Assembly (NCBI RefSeq): GCF_018977255.1
Contig: NW_024704754.1
Coordinates: 18,724,001 to 18,788,000 of the forward strand
Source: Callorhinchus milii
Taxonomy: Eukaryota
Length of the DNA: 64,000 nt
Direction: 5' to 3'
Shown: positions 49,612 to 64,000 of the stretch, one piece after another
Layout of the letters: each line of letters opens with the position of its first letter
Numbering within the stretch: the first letter of the stretch is position 1
Notes under the pieces: generated by a model
The model's database searches: none
What the model was told of the DNA's origin: nothing
What the model saw: only the letters and a program-made list of their open reading frames with translations
Translations under genes and position numbers: made by a program

Positions 49612-52600
49612 ATGAATTCAACTAACTTCAACTATTCAAAGTGCGAGAACGTGGGCGCTACAGGGTAATGGCTGAGTGTTATGTGATCTCACTGTAACCA
49701 CATTAACCTGAGAGTGTCATCGCACTCAAGTAGCAGTTCTGATCGTGACTGTCCACAGTGATAGCAATGTATTTGCAGGTTTGGGAAGTATTGACGCCAT
49801 TAAAGGTTTGGTTTGAAGCGTTGGGGACAGATCTAAACTGTGGACTCCAGTACACGTGTCTGTCTGTCTGTCTGTCTGTCCCCAGGCACATGGTGCTCTC
49901 ACACAGCTCATTCTTACCCAGAAGTGGCTGCCCAGAGGAGCAATATAAAAAGGGTGTGGGCAACTAGATGGAAATTGGGATAAAAGTGGATAAAGTTATT
50001 CTCCAGGGCGCCAACAAAGTCCTGTTACCCCCCTGTGACAAAACAGCGATGCGAGTCTGCAGAGGAGCTGAAACAAGAGACACATTTCGCCGCGGCACTC
50101 CATCCATGTTACGGAAGATGTCGCACCGAACGTGGCGAGAGATGATCGTCCGCCATGAAAGTCATGGCTCTCGCACCCTCACTCACGCACACACTGATCC
50201 TCTGGACGGCTAAATACAGTTAAACTCTTGTACTGAATACAATTAAGCACTTCTAAATACAATGATCATCAGTTTTCCATATGTTTCAGTTGTTGGTCAG
50301 TGCACTGTAGAAAAAAAAACATGAGAGTAACAGGACTTTGCAGACACCGTGTACAGTTGGAATTGTGAAGTGAATGGGACACAGTATTATTCTGCTCCCC
50401 ACTACACATCCAACCAGGTTCTATTTTAATTACTTTTGATGATTTCATTATTATTTAATGTTACTTATTTTATCAGGAAGAAAGAAAGTATCGGTGACAG
50501 TAGCTATGACAACTCAAATTCTGCCCATTTTGACTCACAAGCAAATAAGTTACTTCTGGAGAAAAAGACAAAGGTAGGGGCTGTTTGAGAAATGACCAGT
50601 CAGATGAGGTTTGGACCAGTGAAAAACATAGAATTACAGCACAGTATAGAATTACAGTCTTTCACCCACAAAATACACAGTCAATTCACTTTACAATATA
50701 TTCCGTAAAGCACTTTGAGAGGTCTCAACGACGTAATCCGGCATTATATCAAATGCAAAGCATTATTATTAAGGCCATTAGCCCATGCTGTTACTCTAAT
50801 CCCATCCCCCTGCTCTTTCTTCATTCATGTCTGTGTTAGTGCTCACTCCCTCACTGGAAATTATATCCACTCATCCTACTTCCTTGCTCTTTGCCCATAT
50901 GGTGAAAGAATGACGTTTATCCTACCTCTCATTTCCTTGGGGGCATTGAGTTTCTTCAGAACCCTCACTACTATTATATAAGAACTTAAAAATTGCTCAA
51001 TGAAAGAAGACCAAGATCCATCCAGTTTGCCTTCCACCATACTGGCAGTCACATGCACAAGTATTGTGCCAAGTTAGATACTGTATTATCTGCTTTTGTT
51101 AAAGATTCCTAAGACACAATCTGGAATTTGGCTACAATTTTGATTTGTGAAAATTCACATGAAAATTCCGCTTTCAACACTTGTGCTTTGTTTTTCCAGG
51201 TTGCCTGCAGAACTTTGCCAGAGGTAGGATTAGGTCTGTAAATCTCTCTCAAGGCACAAAAATATGGGACACATTCTGTGTGAGGATTAAGCATTGTGAG
51301 ATTAGAGCAAAAAAACCTCACAACCTTCATCAATCCTCATCCTCACCTTCTCACCATAACCTTCAACGTCTCAAAATACTGTCCGAGCATAAAGAAATTG
51401 TATTTTTCTCACCATTGATTGTATTCTCCTCATTTATCGTAGCTTTCTTGTTAAGCAGAATCTGTGCATAAATCACCGATACATTTGTGGTTCAATGACA
51501 GAGGGCAGTGTGGACAAGAACTGACATTTTGTGTCTTGCAGGATCTGAACGACAAGGGGCTTGCACGGTTCCTGAGGGCATTTGGCACAGTGGATAAGGC
51601 TCTGACTGCAATCCTCAGTTACCTGAAGTGGAGGAAAGAGTTTGGCGTTGACTTTATTACTGCTGATAGCCCCGAAATCAAAGTTGAAATGAAATCTGGT
51701 AAAGCTGTGCTTCTTGAGGAAAGAGACTTAATGAGCAGGTAGGTATTATATAGCACCTCAGGAATGTACAGGACAGGGGAAAAACATTACGGTCCATCTG
51801 ACTCACTTGATGTCAAAAAGACATCCGATACTTTATCTCTCATACTGACTGCTCGAGCGCCTTCTTCACCAAATACAAGGGCAATTCATTTTTAATTTGC
51901 TGACCCAATCTGTCTCCCTTAACTTTCCCTCCCACACATTCACCACTCTCATTGGTAACGTCATCATAATCCTTGCATTTGAGAGATTTTCTGCATCGCT
52001 GAAAACGGCACTGACCACTTCGGGAGGCAGCTTCGGAAGTCGGTGGGGGGGGGGAACAGTAGGATTGAAAAGACCCTGTAGATTGTAGAAGGAGAGATGT
52101 GATCTACAGTTTTTTTTTAACAATTAGGCGTAGAAATTCCCATCTAAAATGGCCTTTTTTCCCTTCAGGCCCATCATAATGGTAAGAGCCAGAATGCACA
52201 ACCCAAAGGAGCGGAACCTCCAGAATCTAACGAGATTCATCGTGTACCTGCTGGTGAGTTTAACATTCAACCGAGCACGGATTGCTTTTAGCTCAGGCAG
52301 AGGGGAGGGCGTAAAAGAGCTTTTGAGTATTTTTTTAACATAAAAGCTTTAACAGAATCAGTTACTTTACATCTAGTAATGGGCCTTTATTAAAACTAAT
52401 TTGGGGATTCAATTTGTAGCATTCCTTAAAGTGGAATCAGAAAATCACACAAATTGGGAACAGCTTCCATTAACCAGATCAGAGGTTCTCCTGGGGGTAA
52501 ACCTTCTCTAATTTCAAAATGGAAGCTCTGCGTGTCAACATGAATTATGCAGACACCGCATCAAGGCATCGCATTAAAAAATACTGCAAATTCTTCCCCA

Positions 52601-53446
52601 TTCTTTGAACATGATCTGACCAGAGTTAATTTATCCACAAGAGATTTTAAAAATATCACATACAAGAAACTACCACAGCTAACCTATACATTGGAGTCTA
52701 AATGTAGTTGTGTCCAAAGGCAATACTTGATAGGAAAACGGAAGGTTCTGTACCCAATGGGACCGTGTTTTGCACTAACTTAAGTCAGTACTGCAATAAC
52801 TAGGGTCAAACACAAGTGAGACATAATTTCATTAACTAACTGGTTCCTGTTGATAAAATCTACCTCCACCTCCACAGGAGTCTGCGTCCAAGAAATGTAA
52901 TGATGACATGTGCGATAATTTCTGCATATTGTTTGACATGAAAGACTTTTCCATGAACACAATGGACTATCAGTTTGTTAAGAATCTAATTTGGCTCCTC
53001 TCTAACTACTACCCCGAGCGACTTGGAGTCTGGCTGATCGTCAACCCTCCGGTTCTTTTTACTGGCTGCTGGATAATTATACGTGGTTGGTAAGTTTCCT
53101 TTCTTTATGACTGCACGGGGGGGGGGTCTGTATTGTGGCATTGCTTAAAAGAGATTCCCCAATAAAGAATCCTGAGCTCCACAAATTGGGGGTTCCTTCT
53201 GTTGACTGGTAACGTGCCATTCCGACCCACAGGAAATCTGCCACTTCCAGAGAAGAATTCCCGGGTTCGGGAAAGCTTTAGCGACTCGAGAATATACTCA
53301 CAAGTTCAACTAGGTATTAACTTTGGGAATTCCATTTCTTTAGGCTGGATGAAACCACTGCTAAGAAAGTTGTCTTCGTGAACAAACCAGAACAACTCAC
53401 AGAATATATTCACCCAGAGATCTTGCCCACAAATCTGTTCCACTGA
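49612..53446 (+). CDS. CRAL-TRIO/Sec14 lipid-binding domain protein (about 256 aa, 7 coding exons)
   Basis: Confident exons 51542-51738, 52169-52253, 52878-53089 and 53344-53446 (LARFLRA..LKWRKEF, RPIIMV, ILFDMKDFS, NYYPERLG..NPP.LF). Proposed upstream exons 49612-49664, 50477-50573 and 51200-51223 keep frame with canonical splice sites. AATAAA at 53501. Confidence 0.85.
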
Positions 53447-53694
53447 TTATTTGCTCTGTAAATGCGTTTTGCATCAGACTGTATTACTCAACATAGAGAA
53501 AATAAAGTTGCGAGTCTTGATATTACTCTGTATTCACAAGTCTATTTGTTATAAGTATAAGAAAGACTAAACAAAGCGATAGACAACAGAATGTTGCGAC
53601 AAACACAGAGCGCCTTTGTCCCCGAGCGAGAGCGAGAGAGAATTCCCAGCCAAAATTCCTATGTGCAAAATTCATGACATTTAGAAAAAACATT

Positions 53695-53700
53695 TTTATT
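53695..53700 (-). terminator. Probable UGDH polyadenylation signal
   Basis: AATAAA on the minus strand about 770 nt after the UGDH stop. Confidence 0.45.
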
Positions 53701-54471
53701 AGGAAAAAGATGTAACCAATAAGTTGAGTGAAATCTCATCAACACGGAAGTCACGTAGTTTTCTTTTTTTTAAAAAAATCTTGCTCGCCAAGAGCAAAAC
53801 ATTATGAACGTGGAATGTGAACACAATGCATTTCCTTTACAGTATTAATACAGGTAAATGATGATTATCTGAGGTTAAAAACCCACAGGTTCACTGCTTT
53901 TTGAGGACTCTACCTTACCTGGCAACCATCATCTCTCCTAACTCAGTTACACAATGATGAGGATTAGACAGAAAGACATACTCCATTGTCTCTCCATGTA
54001 CCGATGGGACGAGTCAAGTCTTTAACCTCACAATGATTGTTCAAAGCTTACGATTCGTGGCTTTCATGATAAAACAAAGTTTAGACATCAGTACCTTCGG
54101 CACAGCACCCTCAGTTACATGTGATGTGCAAATGATGTGGACAGAGTGAATTATAGGTGAGGTCCTGACCCTTTGGTCCATGTGCAAAATGGTTTGAATT
54201 GCTCTAGTTTCTTACCCACCCCACTCTCCATTGACATCATCTTAGTTATCAATGAAACACAATCATTTCTCCTGCAATACAACCAACTGATAGGAACTTG
54301 TGTAAGTCCCATCCCAAATACACAGTCTAATCATTCATCCATCACATTCTTCTAAAAGTTGCCTAAAATACTGCCTTAGTGTCGTCGTTATGCCTGGGGA
54401 CTACATGTAAAAACTAATACTGAAGTGTATAAAATATGCAGTTTAAAGTCACTGTGAACCCAGTTGATCCA

Positions 54472-60690
<6,219 letters not shown>

Positions 60691-62473
60691 GGGAGCAACC
60701 TGTCTGTGAGAGGAAAACATTGACTAATTCACTCAAGTCCACATTAAGATGGATTTCTTTTGGAAAATGATACGTGGGGGAATACAGTGATTTGAGACAT
60801 GACATACAGTAAGTGTAGTGTTCTTGGTTTCCAGGGAGTGAGCAGAGGAGAGCTTGGAAAGTGATCAGAAATAGATTCCTGGCTGATTTCACATGCGCGC
60901 GCACACTCATGGAAACCAATTGCATTCCCGCACACTGACCCATTTAATAATAATAATCACCCGTGCATTTGAAATAGCGCCTTATCACGTCTTCAAGACG
61001 TCTCAAAGATCCTCTCAGAATATATTGTGTGTTTTGTAGGTGAAACGCTTAAGATAACTAATAAATGACTTCAAGATCAGTACGGGAGCAACAGCCAGCA
61101 ACCAACTCCCCCTCCCCCCCCCTTACAACCACGCATTAATGTTTCCGCTCAACTCTCTTCCCACATCAAATCCAAAACACGTAAGAAATGCTGGATGCCT
61201 TCATCCAGTTTGCCTTCCCCCAGCCTGGCAGTCGCACGCACATGTCATGTCATGTTCCAGATTGGCGTTAACTAACTTTTTTGGAGGGGTGAAAGAGGGC
61301 AATAAAGACAAACATAATTAAAACCGACAGATGGCACTAGAGTGCATTCAGGGCAAAGGATCCCATGCAAGTTCACAGTTATTTCATTGGGTAATTAACA
61401 GTACCTACAGTTCCTTACTGAAGCAAAGCAATAGAAGACATTAGCCCTTCCTTCCCCCAAAACATTTCTTGCGCAGTTGATCATTGCAATTGGGATGCTT
61501 CCTTTGACGACTCCAGTCACCAGCTAAACTGCTCCAACCAGTAACCAATGGATTTAAGTCGCCAGCTCAGCTCTCCACATCCTCGGTCATTTTAGGACAC
61601 AACAACAATAATAATCCTTGCATTTTATATAGCGCCTTATCCCATCGTTGAGACGTCTCAAAGTGCTTCTCGGAATGCACTGTAGAGTGAATTGACTGTG
61701 CATTTTGTGGGTGAAACGATAAAGAGTTTTAACTACATATTTGGGTTTTTTTTGCAATTTAAGGAAAGCATTTCAAGACACAACTGGCCAGATATAAACC
61801 AGCCACACCTAATGCTGAGTGCCACATATTGCAGAGTTTGCAGCTTACACCCTCAGTCCCCAGTAACTGTTAGAAACTTTGTGTAACTCTCTCTGTTTCT
61901 CTCCTGTCTAACCCCAGTCTTAACTGAACTATAATAATAATAATCCTTTAATTTGATACAGCGTCTTATCACGTCTTTGAGACGTCTACAGTATACTTTA
62001 CAGTATACACAATATACTGTAAAGTGAATTGATTGTGTATTTCATGGGCGAAACGCGGCAGCGAACTGCGCACAGCAGCATCCCACAGACAGTCGTGGAC
62101 TGAGTAACCCAATCATTATTAATTAATAATATTATTATGTATTTTATGTATTAATTAAATTAATGCATAAAAATATACATCAAACATCATAAAATCCAAA
62201 TTTTCGCCACAAAGTTGACGTGACACTTGGCTGGAAGTTCCCCCAAACCCCAAAGAGTGTGAACCCTTTCCCTCTGCCCCGGGGGCTGTGAGGACCCCCA
62301 TACCCCAATCTGTGGGGAAGGAGTCAGAGCCGCCTCACTGGGGAGGAAAGGCACCCGAGCAATGGGGCGCGACCCCGGGAGGGAGTTACTATCATCCAAT
62401 GATCAGTACCTCCCGAGTGTTGTGTTACAATAATATTAAATACTAAAAAATGACCCCCACCTTCTCTTTCCCG

Positions 62474-62990
62474 CCAAACCCACCACCCCCCAAACCCACC
62501 AACCCCCCCAAACCCCCCACCGCCCCCACCCCCAAACCCACCAACCCCCCCAAACCCCCACCCCCCAAACCCACCACCCCCCCCAAACCCACCACCCCCC
62601 AAACCCACCACCCCCAACCCCAAACACACACCCCCCAGACCCACCACCCCCCCCAAACCCACCACCCCCCAAACCCACCACCCCCCAAACCCACCACCCC
62701 CCAAACCCACCAAACCCACCACCCCCCAACCCACCACCCCCAAACCCACCAAACCCCCCACCCCCACCAATCCAACCCCCCCAAACCCCCACCCCCAAAC
62801 CCCCCACCCCCAAACCCCCCACCCCCCCTCCAAACCCTCCACCCCCCAAACCCACCACCCCACCCCCCAACCCACCACCTCCCCAAACCCACCACCCCCC
62901 AAATCCCCCAACCCCCAAACCCACCCCCAACCCACCACCCCCAAACACCCTCCCCCCTCCCCCCCAAACCCTAACCCCCCCTCACCCCCA
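62474..62990. repeat. (CCCCAAACCCACCA)n-like low-complexity repeat
   Basis: Seen directly; source of spurious Gly/Trp-rich ORFs. Confidence 0.9.
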
Positions 62991-63006
62991 ACACACTCAC
63001 TCTTAC

Positions 63007-63105
63007 CTTGAACCCAGAGGCTCCGCTGTAACCCCGGGGGGAGGGATGGGATCTTCGGCCAAACAGCGGACGGCAAATTTCCGAAATGTGCTGTTTCTCA
63101 ACCGC
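63007..63105 (-). other. Probable non-coding 5' exon of UGDH
   Basis: Strong donor AAG|GTAAGA at 63006 in a CpG-containing segment. The ATG exon has an acceptor at 60700. 5' boundary uncertain. Confidence 0.45.
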
Positions 63106-63107
63106 TC

Positions 63108-63568
63108 TCCTTCCCCTCTCTCTCTCTCTCTCTGAGCCTCTCTGACCCCTTTCCTCTCAGTCTCTCTCTCTATCTCTCCCTCTGCCCTTCTCTCTATCTC
63201 AGACCCAGTCTCTCCCCCTCTCTGAGCCTCTCCCCCTCTCTCTCTGAGCCTTTCCCCCTATCCCTCTGAGCCTCTCTCTCTCTGAACCTCTCTCCCCCTC
63301 TCTCTGAGCCCCTCTCCCCCTCTCTCTGAGTCTCCCCCTCTCTCTGAGCCCCTCTCCCTCTCTCCCCCTCTATCTGAGCCCCTCTCCCTCTCTCCCCCTC
63401 CCTTTGAGCCTCTCTCTGAGCCTCTCTCTCTCTCTCTCTCTGAGCCTCTCTCCCCCTCTCTCTGAGCCTCTCTCCCCCTCTCTCTGAGCCCCTCTCCCTC
63501 TCTCTGACCCTCTCTCTCTCTGAGCCTCTCTCCCCCTCTCTCTGAGCCTCTCTCTGTCTCTCCTCTCA
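63108..63568. repeat. (CTCTCTGAGCC)n-like pyrimidine-rich repeat
   Basis: Seen directly. Confidence 0.88.
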
Positions 63569-64000
63569 GCCCATCTCCACGCAGGCGCGGTCTGTCCTGT
63601 AGGCGTCACGTTGCTGTGGGTGGTCTCTGTGCCCCGGACCTGCCCATCAGTGGGGTCAGACCCCACTCTGCCCTGTCCATCCCCTTCCCCCCCCCCCCCC
63701 CCCCCACCACCTTGACCAGCCGGGTCCGCGGGCAGAGCGAGTTCCTGCATTTGAAGTTGCACCTCAATGTTAATTATTATTATTATTATTATTATTAACG
63801 TTAATAATAATCCTGACATTTGACTTCAGGGCCGTATCATGTCTTCGAGACGTCTCGGATATTTTTTTGTGCATTTTGTGGGCGAACCGCAGCAGAACAA
63901 AATCCCCGTCGTCGTTTCAACATTGTCAGGTCATCAAAAGCAATAATTTTATTGCAAAGAATCTGTGATCGAGATTCCCGAAGTACTATTAACGTGTTAC

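Noticed and set aside
49968-50213. 81-aa ORF as the N-terminus of the Sec14 gene
   Set aside because: No in-phase splice donor found; the 49612-49664 exon fits frame and Kozak context better.
62324-63819. Gly/Trp-rich and Glu/Arg-rich ORFs
   Set aside because: Simple-repeat artefacts.

Overview
Eukaryotic (vertebrate) genomic DNA. The repeat content (a very abundant tRNA-derived SINE, L2 and CR1 LINE fragments, Deu-type SINEs) and gene order suggest a cartilaginous fish, possibly a chimaera; this assignment is inference. The window covers the 5' flank of the clustered protocadherin locus. Reading the minus strand from high to low coordinates: UGDH (11 coding exons), HARS (13 exons plus an alternative mitochondrial-targeting first coding exon and a U12-type intron), DND1, ZMAT2, two identical vault RNA genes inside a local duplication, and one protocadherin variable exon followed by its own 59-nt constant exon. 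A 7-exon CRAL-TRIO/Sec14 gene lies on the plus strand, head-to-head with HARS and tail-to-tail with UGDH. The ORF track misses several of the most notable items: the vault RNA pair, an orphan promoter between them, the HARS mitochondrial exon, the minor intron and the protocadherin constant exon. All exon boundaries were read by eye from GT-AG sites and frame continuity, and homologies come from recalled family sequences, not database searches.
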